A DNA stretch of 64,000 bases from an uncultured delta proteobacterium (GCA_963767925.1 CAVYGB010000009.1:64001-128000); one strand, 5' to 3'; shown: positions 45,832 to 56,320, numbered from the stretch's first letter. Program-made: numbers and translations. The notes: generated by a model not told the origin, from the letters alone.

Positions 45832-47799
45832 TCAATAACGAAAGTCGAGGCCGCCGTAGAATGTCCGCGGAGGAACGGGCAGGTAAAGCTCGTCGCCCGC
45901 GGCAAGGAGGTTGTCGCCGCCCACGAAGGCCTCGATCTGCTTCCAGATCGTCTTCTCGAGGCGGACGCCGACGCTGGCGTGGCGGTCGGTGTTGACCGTC
46001 TCGATGATCCCGTCGGCGTCGTCGTCCCGGTAAAACGGGCGCGAGCCGACCAGGCTGCCCCGGGCGCTGGCCGAGAAGCCAGCCCGGTCGTGGCGGTAGC
46101 CCAGGCGGAAGGTGCCCCGGTGCCGGGCCCGCCCCTCGAGCGCGCGATCGTCCTCGAGGTCCTTGGCCAGCGTGAGCGTGTACGAGACGTCGGCGCGCAG
46201 CCCGCCGGCGATCTCGGTCCCCACCGAGGCCTCGACCCCCTGGGTGCGGGCCTCGGCCACGTTCTCGTAGCCGAAGCGGGAGCTCACGCCGATGGCGTCG
46301 GGGTTGAGCAGGCGGGTGATGATGAGATCCTCGATGTCGCTGCGAAACACCCCCAGCGCCAGGCGGGCCCGGGGAAGGGGCCGCCACTCGGCGTCGAGGT
46401 TGACGCCGGCCGAGCGCTCGGGCCGCAGCAGGGGGTTGCCCCCCACCTGGTAGCCGGCCCCCGGGTTCTCGAACAGCAGGTACAGCTCCTGGAAGCTCGG
46501 CGCCCGGTACCCCCAGCCGTAGGCCGCGCGCAGGGCGACCTTCTCGTGGGGGTCGTAACGGGCGGCGATCTTGGGGCTGACGTGCGCGCCGAACTGCGAG
46601 TCGGCGTCGAGCCGCACGCCGGGCAGCAGGGCCACCCGCGGGCGCTCGAGCACCTGCCACTCGTGCTGGGCGAAGACCGACCCGCGCGTGCGGTTCCCCT
46701 CCCCGTCCTGCAGGCGGGGCGAGAACATCCGCTCGTACAGCACCTCGGCCCCCGAGGTCAGCAGGTGGCCGCTGGCGATGGCCCAGTCGTGCTGGGTCCC
46801 CAGGCGGGCCAGGTGCTCGCGCGTCTTCTGGAGCTGGTCGAGCGCGCTCGAGCCGCGCTGGTCGGACAGGAACTGATCGATGTGGAGCCCGTAGTGACCG
46901 GTCAGCCGCAGCCGGCTCCCCCCGGCGAAGCGCCAGTCGGGCTCGAGCGTGCCGCTGGCCTGCTCGGTCAGGGTCTTGCGGTCGAAGATGGCGCCCGCGT
47001 CGCTGCCGCCCACCCCGCTCTGGTCGCGGCGCAGGTATTCGGTCTTGGCCCCCAGCCGGAAGCGCGGGCTCTTGCGCCAGGCGCCGGTCAAGGTCAGGTC
47101 GGAGGTGCGGAAGGAGCTGCCGGTGGTGTCCGGAGTTCCGGGGCTGAGATCCCAGGCCGCCCCCCGGTGGTGGCCGGCGATGGCCATCACCTCGAAGGCC
47201 GTCCGGCGCAGACCCAGCCGGTAGCTGGCGTCGAGCACCCCCAGCGTGCCGCCCGACAGGTGCCCCCCGGTCTCGAGCCGCTCCCTGGGCCGCCGGGTGA
47301 TGATGTTGATGACCCCCGCCACCGCGTCCGAGCCGTAGAGCGCCGAGCCGGCCCCCTTGACGATCTCGATGCGGTCGATCGATTCGACCGGGAAGCGCGA
47401 CAGGTCGAGGCTGCCGCCCAGGCGCCCCTGGGCCCGCTCGCCGTCGACGAGGATGAGGACGTATTCGGGGTCCAGGCCCTGCATGCGGACGGTGAAGCCG
47501 CGCAGGCCGCGGTCGAGGTCCACCCCGGGGTGGGTCTCGAGGATCTCCGCCACGCTCTCCGCGCCGGCCGCCTCGATGGCGCTGCGGTCGATCACCTCCA
47601 CCGCGGCGGTCGAGTCGGCCCGGGCCCGGTCGGTGCGCGAGCCGGTCACCACGATCTCGTCGATAGCCTGCACGTCCGCCTTCACCTCCGGCTTCACGTC
47701 GGGGGCGGGCTCCTCGGCGGGGCTGGCGGCGCTCGTCGCCGCCGCAGGGGGATCGATGGGCTGGGCGAGCAGGAGGGCCGAGAGCAGCGTGGCGAACAT
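45832..47799 (-). CDS. TonB-dependent receptor (heme/iron type)
   Basis: EIVVTGSR TonB box; RIEIVKG.GSALYGSDAVAGVINIIT; GNP.LRPE; terminal DFRY. Confidence 0.93.
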   Translation of the reverse strand: MFATLLSALLLAQPIDPPAAATSAASPAEEPAPDVKPEVKADVQAIDEIVVTGSRTDRARADSTAAVEVIDRSAIEAAGAESVAEILETHPGVDLDRGLRGFTVRMQGLDPEYVLILVDGERAQGRLGGSLDLSRFPVESIDRIEIVKGAGSALYGSDAVAGVINIITRRPRERLETGGHLSGGTLGVLDASYRLGLRRTAFEVMAIAGHHRGAAWDLSPGTPDTTGSSFRTSDLTLTGAWRKSPRFRLGAKTEYLRRDQSGVGGSDAGAIFDRKTLTEQASGTLEPDWRFAGGSRLRLTGHYGLHIDQFLSDQRGSSALDQLQKTREHLARLGTQHDWAIASGHLLTSGAEVLYERMFSPRLQDGEGNRTRGSVFAQHEWQVLERPRVALLPGVRLDADSQFGAHVSPKIAARYDPHEKVALRAAYGWGYRAPSFQELYLLFENPGAGYQVGGNPLLRPERSAGVNLDAEWRPLPRARLALGVFRSDIEDLIITRLLNPDAIGVSSRFGYENVAEARTQGVEASVGTEIAGGLRADVSYTLTLAKDLEDDRALEGRARHRGTFRLGYRHDRAGFSASARGSLVGSRPFYRDDDADGIIETVNTDRHASVGVRLEKTIWKQIEAFVGGDNLLAAGDELYLPVPPRTFYGGLDFRY

Positions 47800-47800
47800 G

Positions 47801-48518
47801 TCAGGGTGCCGGGGCGGCGGTGGTGGTGGCCGCGGGGACCCGGGGGGCGGTCGGGGCCTCGAGCTTCTTCCAGCGGAACAGCAGGTACCCGCCGGTGCCG
47901 GCGTCGTCGTAGTAGTCGAGGAGCTGCACGCCGACGTAGCTGCCCGCGCCGGTGAGCACCACGTAGACCTGGCGCCGGGGCTGCAGCACGTGGGCGGCGG
48001 TGTCGTACTGGAACCACGTGTCGCCCTGGTTGAAGGCGAAGTCGGGGTCCATGTTGAGATCCTCGCCGTCGGGCCCGTCGAGCACCCAGCCGGTGGCGGG
48101 CGCGGTCGTCAGCGTCTCGAGGGTCGTGTCGGGCACCAGGGCGACCTCGACCGGGCCGGCGCCGCTGACGCCCCCGTTCGACTTGATCTTGAAGCGCTGG
48201 AACCCGAGCTCCCAGCCGGACGCGGTGGCCGGGTCGGAGGAGACCTGGCTCTGCCCGCCGAGGGGGCCCTCGTCGAAGTCGAAGTAGACCCACTTGTCTT
48301 CCCAGGTGGCGTCGATCCGGGTCTCGAGCGCGTTGCCCACCATCCGGGTCGCGACCGGCGGCGGTGGCGGCGGCTCCGTCTCCCCACCGGCGGGGGCCGA
48401 GATCGTCGGCGCAGCCGCTGGCCAGCGCGAGCAGCAGGAGCGCGGCGCCCCCGGTAGCAGATCGCGCCGCCCGGCGGGGAGGCGCGGCGACGAAATCGAG
48501 GGTGAAATTCACTTTCAT
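47801..48518 (-). CDS. HmuY family lipoprotein with one frameshift in the G5 run at 48392-48396
   Basis: MKVNF...LALASGC signal in one frame; IDAT...WVYFDF, WELGFQRFKIKSNGG.SG, WFQYD..H, YYD..GT.G...FRW in the next; removing one base restores a single ORF. Confidence 0.8.
48503..48517. promoter_or_regulatory. Fur-type iron box overlapping the hmuY start codon
   Basis: Minus strand TGAAAGTGAATTTCA vs deltaproteobacterial Fur consensus TGAAAATnATTTTCA (2 mismatches). Confidence 0.65.
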
Positions 48519-48853
48519 GATGGCAAATTCCAGGTTAGACGGCATGTTCCTGACCGTCAAGGCGTACGCAGCCCCACAGGTCCAGCGGCCGGCGTCGTCG
48601 CCGGCGGAACCACCCGCCGGGCAGGATAATACCCGGACGGCGCCGTGTCGGTGATGCGGCTCCCGCCGCGGCAAAGAGCCGTTCGCGGCCCACGACGCTC
48701 CGCCCGGGCCGCGCCCGGAACCGGACAGGCCGATCACACTTTTGCTGCGCGGCGGGCTGGCCAGCGCGGCAAGCCGGCGCGGAGGCGGGGGCGGGACTGG
48801 CGCGTGGTTTGCTGACAGGCTAGCGACGGATGGCTTCATCAGCGGAGGTCCCC

Positions 48854-51066
48854 ATGGTGGTCGCATCGAGACGGGCCGTCGTCACCGGCCTGTGCCTGTG
48901 CGCGGTGGTGGCGGGCTGCCGGGGGGGAGCCCGGCCCGTGGAAGGGGATCCTGCCGCCCTGGGCGGATCGGATCCGCGGGCCAGCGGCCCCTCCGAGTTC
49001 GCGGCGGTCGCGGCGCCGCCGCAGTTCCCCAAGGGCGGGCCGCCGCCACCGCCCTCCCTCGCCAACGAGCGGCCGACAAGCCGGCCGCTGGGCCAGCCGT
49101 TCGTCGTCGTCGGCGCGACCGTCTACGCGTTGACCGGCCACGACGGCTTGCAGGTGGCGCAGATCGCGGGGACGCCCGCCGTGCTGGGCCGGCTGCCCCT
49201 GGCCGGCGAGCCGTTCGGGCTGTTCGTGGAGGGGACCACCGCCTTCGCGATGATGGTCTACCAGACGCGCGCCGAGCCGTGCTCGACCTGCGCCGGCCTG
49301 ACACGGCTGACCACCCCTGCGCCCAGCCCGACCTGGAGCTGGCCGTGTTCGACGTGGGCGACCCGGCTCGCCCCGGCCTGCTCGGCCGCCAGGCCGTCGA
49401 CCGGATCGGCGTCGGCCCCACCTCCGCGCTCGGCGCGGGCGACGATCTATTGATGATGCCCCTGCAGGCCGTGCGCCCGGGGACCCAGGTGCCGGGGACC
49501 CTCGCGCCGGTGGGGCTGCGGCTTGTCGACATCGATCAGACCCGCGGGACCGTGGTCCCGCGCGGGGTGGCGCTGCTGCAGGGCGAGACCGACCTGCTCG
49601 TGCGGGCCGGCGAGCGGGCGGTGGCGCTGTCGTTCAACCGGGCCGAGGTTGTGGACCTCCGCGACCGCGACGCCCCGGCCCACCTCGGCGCCCTGGAGCT
49701 GTCCCGCTCGGTCTTCGACCTCGCCCTGGCCGGAGACAGCGTCGTGCAGGTGACCCAGGACCGCTACCAGCGGGGCCAGCGGGCGTTCCAGCTCGCCGCC
49801 GTCCCGGCCAGCGCCCCCCAGGATCTCGCTCGCTCGACCGGATCGACCACGCCCTTCGTCGGCCAGGCCGGGCCCCTGTTCGGCGCCGGAGCCTTCGTCT
49901 ACCAGTTCTGGAAGGCGGGGACCGCCACCGGCGAGGAGCCGCGCCTGCAGGTGCTGCAACTCCAGGACGGCCGCCTGCAGCCGCGGGGCGCGCTGTCGCT
50001 CGCCGGCCCGGCCGACGTCGACTTCGGCTTCGGGCCGGGGGACAGCCCCCTGCAGGTCGGGGTGCGGCAGCTCGACGCCACAACCTTCCTGGTGCCGCTC
50101 TTCCGGGTCCGCGACTGCTCGGCCCGGACCATCCCGGGCTCGCCGGCCCCCGGCTGCCCCGACGGCAGCGGCGCGACCCCGCCCGCACCGGTCACCCCAC
50201 CTCCCCCGCCGCCCACCGCCTCCGGGGCCTGCCCGGGCGCGGAGGCCGACTTCCTCGTCGTCGACGCCAGCAACCCGGACGAGCCGCGCGTCAGCTCTCG
50301 GTTCCGGCTCCCGAACGGCGCCCAGCTCCTGACCCTGCTGGTGCGCGGCCGGACCGTCTTCGTCACCCAGCGCGAGCGCGCCCGGCGCGCCGACCGGACG
50401 ACCAATCTCGTACGCCACTTCGTCACCGAGGTGAGCCTCGCCGACCTGGCCCGCCCGGTGGTGGGCGCAGCGGTCAGCGCCCCGGGTGGGCTGGTGGCCG
50501 AGCGGGCCAGCGACGCCACCTGGGTCACCGTCGAGCCCATCTACAACCCGGCCGGGCCTCCCAGCGGCGTCATGGTGAGCACCCTGTACCGCGACGCGCG
50601 GTCGAGCCGGGCGTTCCTGCAGCGCCAGCTCGCCCTCCCGGGCGGCGTCTCCGGCCCGGTGGCCGACGGCGACGCTCTGTTCTTCACCGTGGATGGAAAG
50701 CTGGTGGCCGTCGAACCGTTTGCCCCCGGGGGTCCCCGGGTCCGCTCGCGCACCGCCGTCCTCGACGCCTCGGTCAGCGGCGACGGGGGACCGCTGGGGT
50801 CCGGCTTCCCCCGAGATCTCCCTGGCGATCCGCCGGTGTACCCGTCTCCGGCCAACCTGCACCGGGCGGTGAACGGGCAGGTGTTCGTCGTGTATCGACA
50901 CGGGGTCATGTTGATTTACGACGCCCGCGATCGGGACCGCCCCGTGCGTCTGGACCGGTTCGTTGTCACCAGCGATCGCACGCCGGTGCTCCCGGTGGCG
51001 GGAAACCGGGCGCTGCTCACCCGGGACGGGTGGGGGATCGAGGTCGTGGCGCTCCCGGCGCTCTGA
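48854..51066 (+). CDS. Secreted beta-propeller-like lipoprotein, frameshifted near 49300-49335
   Basis: RBS GGAGG, VVAGC lipobox; blade-like repeats (GLQVAQI..P.VLG.LPL.GEP, FDV.DP.RP, VVDASNP.EP) continuing across two frames. Confidence 0.65.
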
Positions 51067-51120
51067 GCCATGAAAATCGAGGCTGTCCGGGCCTGAGTTG
51101 CCTTGGCTATATTGCCGCCC

Positions 51121-54120
51121 GTGAACGCGGCCACCGGGGGCACGCCGAACGATCCCACGAGAGCCTTCTGGGAGCGCGCTCGGCTGGAGGCGGATCGATA
51201 TGGTCCCGATCCCTGGATCTTCGTCCGCGAGCTGCTGCAGAACGCGCGCGACGCCGGCGCGGACGAGGTGCGGTTTCACGTCTTCGATCGCGAGGGCCCC
51301 GACGCCACCGTGATCTGCCAGGACAACGGCGAGGGCATGACCTTCGATCACGCCCGCCGCTTCCTGTTCGCCCTCTACGCCTCCAGCAAGGAGGGCAAGA
51401 AGAACCAGGCGGGCAAGTTCGGGGTGGGCTTCTGGTCGGTGCTGCGCTTCGAGCCGCTCGGCATCATCATCCGCTCGCGGCCGCGCGAGGGTGAAGCCTG
51501 GGGCGTCTCGATCGACGGCACCCTCGAGCAGGTGGTCCCGGTCGATCCGCCCGCCCACGTCGGCACCGAGGTCATCTTGCGCCGGGCCCGGCGCGAGGGG
51601 CGCGACTCGCGCCTCGAGCACCGGATCTACGATGCCGTCTGGCAGAGCGCGCGGTACTTGAGCCAGCGCGACAACCCGCTCGAGCCGCTCGGCATCGCCG
51701 TCAACGGCCGTCCGGCCAACGCGCCCTTCGAGCTCGACGCCCCCAGCGCCAGCTTCCAGCGGGGGCCGCTGCGGGGCGTGGTCGGCCTGGGGGCCGCCCC
51801 CCGGGTCGAGCTGTTCAGCCGGGGGCTGCGGGTGCGCTCGGCCGCCTGTCTCGAGGACCTGCTGTCGTCGGCCGGTCGCCACACGAGCTGGATGCGGGTC
51901 CAGTTCACCGAGCTGTCGGGCGGCCTGGCCCCCCAGGCGCTGCTGGAGAGCCCGGCCCTCGAGGTGATGTTGTCCCGCTCGGACGCCCGCGAGACCCGCG
52001 GCCTGCGCCGGCTGGTGCGGCTGGCTCAGCGCGAGCTGGAGCGGTTGATGGAGCGCCAGCTCGCGGCGGCCCGCCCGATGCCCTGGCGCAGCCGCGCCCT
52101 GAGCTGGGTGCAAGAGCGGCTGCGGGCCCTGTCCCGGCTGAGTCGCGCCGACGCCGCCGTGGTGGCCGCCGCCGCCCTGGTCGCCATCGGCATGATCTGG
52201 CGGGGCAGCACCGCCTCCAGCGACGAGCTCGCGCCCGCCGCGCCGAGCGCGTCGGCGCCCGCGCAGGTGGCGGCGGCGTCGTCCCCGGCGCCGGCGGCGC
52301 GTCCCCCCGGCCGCCCTTACCAGGATCTCGGCAGCCGCTACCGGGGCCCCAGCGTCGACGGCCTCGCCGCCGACGAGGTCGAGGCCATCGGGCTGCGCTA
52401 CCGCCCCGGCGACCGGCCCCAGCACTTCGCCGCCCTGACCTTCTCGCGGCTGGGCCCCGACGGCTCCCCGATCCAGGAGGCGGTGCCCCGTCCGGTCGCC
52501 AGCTACGCCCCCGCCGCCACCTGTCCGCCCGGGCGTTGCCTGCAGCTCGAGCTGCCCCTGCGCACGCCGACCCGGGCGGTGCGCGTCCCGGTCCCCACCG
52601 GGCACCGGGTGGTGGGGGCCAGCGTGACCATGGAGGGGCAGCAGGCGCCCCGGCTGCGCGCCTCCGCCGACGGCCGCCCCATCGTGGTGCTGGTCAGCCC
52701 GGGTGAGGGCCTGCTCCGCTACCGCACGGTGCTGGCCAGCGATCCGAACCTGGCCCCGGTGCCCAACCCGCCCGAGCTGCCGGCGCGGCTCGGCCGGCGC
52801 GCTCGCCAGCTCCGCCTGCAGCCGGTCGCCCGCCGGGTCGCGGTGCTGCTGGAGCTGGTGCGCCGGCGCGTGGCCTACGACGACTCGCCCACCACCGCCC
52901 GCCAGCACCGCGAGGCGGTGGCCCGGAGGCAGGGCTTCATCAATCGCACGCTGGCCATCGGCGCGGGCGACTGCGACGTGCAGAACGGCCTGCTCACCGC
53001 CCTCCTGCACGCGGCCGGCGTGCCGGCCCGGCTGGCGGTGGGCTACCTCGGCGATCGGGGCAGCGTCCTGCCCTGGGTCCACGCCTGGGTAGAGTACTTC
53101 GACGAGGGCGGGCGCTGGCAGATCCTCGACGCCAGCGAGACCTCGGCCGGCCAGGCCCGGGTGGCCCGTTCGGGCGGGCCCAGCCTCGACGATCCGGTGG
53201 AGGCCTTCGCGGTGGCCGACGCGGCCTCGGCGTCGGCGCCGGCGGGCGCGGCTGCCCCCACCGCGGCGGTCTTGCCCGCGCCGGTGTTGCCGACGGCGGC
53301 CGGGCGCGCGCCGGGTCCGGTGGCGCGCCCCCAGCCCGGGGTTCGCCCGCCGCCGGTCGAGTCGAGCGGCTGGTCGGGCGCCCTGCTCGGGGCGGCCTTG
53401 CCCCTGCTGCTCCTGCTCGGGGGCGGCTACCTGTTCCGGGCGCGCACCCGCCACGCCTTCAAGCTCGACGGGGTCGTCGATCTCGGCAAGCTGATCCAGG
53501 GGGTCCTGCAGCAGCCGGGCGCCTTCGGCCACATCCACGCCGTGTTCTACCGGCCCATCGTGCCCCTGGCCGACGGCCGGGCGGTCAGCCTGAGCCGGGC
53601 GCGCGAGCTGGCCAGCCGGGGGCGCCTGTTCTCCACCCGCCTGCGGCCCGAGCTGGCCCGCACCGCGCTGGCCGCCGGGGCGGCGGTGGTGGACTACGTG
53701 CTCGAGGAGGGCAAGACGGTGGCCGACGCCCTCGGCGCGATCGACCTCGACCAGTGGTCGAAGATGATCGCCATCGCCGCCGACGAGCCGCTGCTCGACG
53801 AGGTCAACCGCCTGCTGCGCAGCGAGGGGGAGGACTGGATGGTCCGCTCGGGCACCGAGGTGAAGGCCGGCGTCGCCGCCCTCGACCTGCGGCCGCTCGG
53901 CGCCCGCCTGCCGGGCGTGAAGGGCACCCGCCTCGTGCTGATCGACAACCAGGCGCCCTGGCTGGACGAGGCCCGCCGCTACTTCGAGAGCCGGCCCCAG
54001 GCCGCCACCTTCATGGTGCTCGACCAGCTCGCCCTGCGCCTCAACCTGCCCCGGCGGCGGCGGGGGCAGATCCTCGGCGAGTCGGCCCGCCAGGCCATCC
54101 TCGAGTCGTTCGCCACCTGA
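51121..54120 (+). CDS. GHKL (HSP90-like) ATPase fused to a TM-flanked transglutaminase-like domain
   Basis: RELLQNARDAGA, DNGEGM, GKFGVGF, GTEV; TM near 52153-52200; GDC (52972), HAWVE (53080), W..LD (53128); second TM near 53380-53435; TATATT -10 element 7 nt before GTG. Confidence 0.85.
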   Translation: MNAATGGTPNDPTRAFWERARLEADRYGPDPWIFVRELLQNARDAGADEVRFHVFDREGPDATVICQDNGEGMTFDHARRFLFALYASSKEGKKNQAGKFGVGFWSVLRFEPLGIIIRSRPREGEAWGVSIDGTLEQVVPVDPPAHVGTEVILRRARREGRDSRLEHRIYDAVWQSARYLSQRDNPLEPLGIAVNGRPANAPFELDAPSASFQRGPLRGVVGLGAAPRVELFSRGLRVRSAACLEDLLSSAGRHTSWMRVQFTELSGGLAPQALLESPALEVMLSRSDARETRGLRRLVRLAQRELERLMERQLAAARPMPWRSRALSWVQERLRALSRLSRADAAVVAAAALVAIGMIWRGSTASSDELAPAAPSASAPAQVAAASSPAPAARPPGRPYQDLGSRYRGPSVDGLAADEVEAIGLRYRPGDRPQHFAALTFSRLGPDGSPIQEAVPRPVASYAPAATCPPGRCLQLELPLRTPTRAVRVPVPTGHRVVGASVTMEGQQAPRLRASADGRPIVVLVSPGEGLLRYRTVLASDPNLAPVPNPPELPARLGRRARQLRLQPVARRVAVLLELVRRRVAYDDSPTTARQHREAVARRQGFINRTLAIGAGDCDVQNGLLTALLHAAGVPARLAVGYLGDRGSVLPWVHAWVEYFDEGGRWQILDASETSAGQARVARSGGPSLDDPVEAFAVADAASASAPAGAAAPTAAVLPAPVLPTAAGRAPGPVARPQPGVRPPPVESSGWSGALLGAALPLLLLLGGGYLFRARTRHAFKLDGVVDLGKLIQGVLQQPGAFGHIHAVFYRPIVPLADGRAVSLSRARELASRGRLFSTRLRPELARTALAAGAAVVDYVLEEGKTVADALGAIDLDQWSKMIAIAADEPLLDEVNRLLRSEGEDWMVRSGTEVKAGVAALDLRPLGARLPGVKGTRLVLIDNQAPWLDEARRYFESRPQAATFMVLDQLALRLNLPRRRRGQILGESARQAILESFAT

Positions 54121-54128
54121 CCCCGCAC

Positions 54129-55691
54129 ATGCCCGCCCCCCGCCCGGCCCCGCCCGGCCTCGACATCCAGGGCCTGCTGACCATCGACGTGGCGGCGGAG
54201 CTGCGCAAGCTGTCGCTGGCCCAGCTCCAGGGGCCCTGGCAGCTCCCGGCCGAGCTGGTCCGGCGGGCCATCCGCACGGGGGCCACCCAGATCGGCGTCT
54301 CGTTCACGCGCGACCGGGTGGTGATCTCCGACGACGGCCCGGGGCTCGATCCGTCCCTCGTGCAGTGGACCGCCATCGTCGTCGACCGCAAGCGGTCCGC
54401 CGAGGAGCGCCACCTGGCCCTCACGACGCTGGAGCGGGCCGGCGAGCTCGGCCTGCTGGCCCTGGCCGGCCTCGAGCCGCTGCGCGAGGTGGCCATCCAC
54501 ACCATCTTCGGCAACCAGCACCACGTGCTGGCCTACCAGGCGGGCCAGCCGGCCAGCGTGGAGGTGGGGCGGGCCACCCGCGCGGCGGGGACCCAGATCA
54601 TCGTGCGGGCCGGGGGCCTCGATCGCCGGCGGGCGGCGCGCTGGATCGCGGATGTGGCCCGCTTCGCGCCCGTCGCGGTGGTGGTGGACGGGCGGGCGAT
54701 CCCCGACGGCATGGCGGACAGCCTGCTGCAGGCTCCCCTGCAGGCCCCCCTGCGGGGCCGGCTCGCGCTGCTGCTCGAAGGGGACACCGCCCACGCTTGC
54801 TTGCTGGCCAACGGCCTGGTGAGCGCCCACCTCAGCATCCCCGACGCGCCCTGCTTCGAGGCGGCGGTGGAGCTGGCCAGCGTCCAGGGCGAGCTCAGCC
54901 CGGCCCGGCTGCGCGACGCCATCGCCCGCAACCTGCCCGCGCTGATCGATCAGGCCGTCGCGCTGATCGTCGCCGGCGCGGCCCAGGCGGCCGACTGGCC
55001 CCACGCCCGGCGGGCCCGCCTGGCCCACCTGACCTTGCAGGCCGCCCGGCGCAAGCTCCGCCCCGAGGAGATCGAGCGGGCGGCGGTGTTCCAGCAGGTG
55101 GGGACCGGCGGCCCCGCGCTGGTCGACCTGGCCACCCTGCGGCGGGCGGCCACCACCGGCCCGGGCGGGCCCGGGACCCTGCTGGCGCTCGACCCGGGCG
55201 AGCGCCCCGAGCGCTACGCGGTCGGCCTCGACCCGGTGCTGATCGCCGACGACGCCGAGCGGAGCCTGCTGGCCGAGGTGCTGGGCGTCCGCTTCCGCAC
55301 CCCCAACCGGCAGGAGGCGGCCCACACCCCGCGCGCGCTGGTCCGCCGCCTGCTGCGCGGGGGGCGCCGCCTGCTGGCCCAGGGCCTCGGCCTGTTGCTG
55401 CACCCCTCGCGGCGCCCGGCGCTGCCCGACCACGTCCTCAGCGCGCGCGAGCGCGCCTTCCTCACGGCGCTGCGCGAGCACCTGCGCGACAACCCGGTGC
55501 CCGGGGTCGAGGCGGTGGCCCTGTGCCCGGGCGGCGGCCCGCTCCGCCGCCCCCACGGCACGCCTCCGCTGCTGCACCTGCCCCGGGACAACGCCACCGT
55601 GTCAGCTTGCCTGCGGGCCTTCAGCAGCGATCCGCGCTGGGTGCGCCTCATCCACCTGGCGCTCACCGGCGCCGTCGGGCGCAGCGGCTGA
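54129..55691 (+). CDS. Degenerate GHKL/HSP90-like protein
   Basis: ELVRRAIRTGA (motif I Asn lost), DDGPG, GTQI; GxxGxG motif lost; starts 8 nt after the upstream stop. Confidence 0.7.
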   Translation: MPAPRPAPPGLDIQGLLTIDVAAELRKLSLAQLQGPWQLPAELVRRAIRTGATQIGVSFTRDRVVISDDGPGLDPSLVQWTAIVVDRKRSAEERHLALTTLERAGELGLLALAGLEPLREVAIHTIFGNQHHVLAYQAGQPASVEVGRATRAAGTQIIVRAGGLDRRRAARWIADVARFAPVAVVVDGRAIPDGMADSLLQAPLQAPLRGRLALLLEGDTAHACLLANGLVSAHLSIPDAPCFEAAVELASVQGELSPARLRDAIARNLPALIDQAVALIVAGAAQAADWPHARRARLAHLTLQAARRKLRPEEIERAAVFQQVGTGGPALVDLATLRRAATTGPGGPGTLLALDPGERPERYAVGLDPVLIADDAERSLLAEVLGVRFRTPNRQEAAHTPRALVRRLLRGGRRLLAQGLGLLLHPSRRPALPDHVLSARERAFLTALREHLRDNPVPGVEAVALCPGGGPLRRPHGTPPLLHLPRDNATVSACLRAFSSDPRWVRLIHLALTGAVGRSG

Positions 55692-55701
55692 GCCGCCCGC
55701 G

Positions 55702-56247
55702 CTACTCGAGCTCGTTGACGACGGTGGCGGCGGTGCTGCCGCTGACCTCGCCTACGATCTCGCCGGCCGCGTTGACCGAGCCGTGCCGGGAGTAGGTGGC
55801 CCGGATGTCGTCGCAGTCGAGGTCGCCGGTGGCGCCGGCGGTGAACTCCGCCGTGGCGTTGGTGCCGGCCGACTGATAGCTGGGATAGTAGTTGTAGGGC
55901 TCGGGGATGGTGAACTGGAGGGCCTGCCAGGTCGGGCTGTTGTAGCGGGCGTCGTTGCCCTGGCACTTGGCGGCGGTGCCCGAGCAGCAGTCGACGGTGC
56001 CCAGGACCCCGTCCGGGTCGGGGAACTGCTTGGCGCTGGTGCCGGAGCCCTGGTCGCCCTCGAAATAGGCCACCGAGCTCTGCCACATCTTGTTCAGATG
56101 GGAGGCCGCCTCGGCGGTGCGGGACTTCTTCACGTAGCGAGAGAAGGCGGGCAGGGCGACCGAGGCCAGGACGCCGATGATCGCGACGACGATCATCAGC
56201 TCCACGAGTGTGAACCCCGCGCTTACCCGACGTGCCGTTCTTGCCAT
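55702..56247 (-). CDS. Type IV pilin
   Basis: G|FTLVELMIVVAIIGVLASVALPAF prepilin motif; KSRTAEA; W.ALQF; A.GDLDCD. Confidence 0.95.
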   Translation of the reverse strand: MARTARRVSAGFTLVELMIVVAIIGVLASVALPAFSRYVKKSRTAEAASHLNKMWQSSVAYFEGDQGSGTSAKQFPDPDGVLGTVDCCSGTAAKCQGNDARYNSPTWQALQFTIPEPYNYYPSYQSAGTNATAEFTAGATGDLDCDDIRATYSRHGSVNAAGEIVGEVSGSTAATVVNELE

Positions 56248-56304
56248 GTTTCCCCCGCCGTCACGCCGGACCCCGCGGACCCAGCGTTTTCGAAGGTATC
56301 ACCT

Positions 56305-56320
56305 TGCAGAACGGGTACCA
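56305..56320 (-). promoter_or_regulatory. Sigma54 promoter of the pilin gene, with candidate activator sites upstream (56372-56408)
   Basis: TGGTACCCGTTCTGCA (GG-N10-GC); upstream TGACGAAAAGGGTC and GAAAAGTGACCTTTTGC. Confidence 0.7.
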
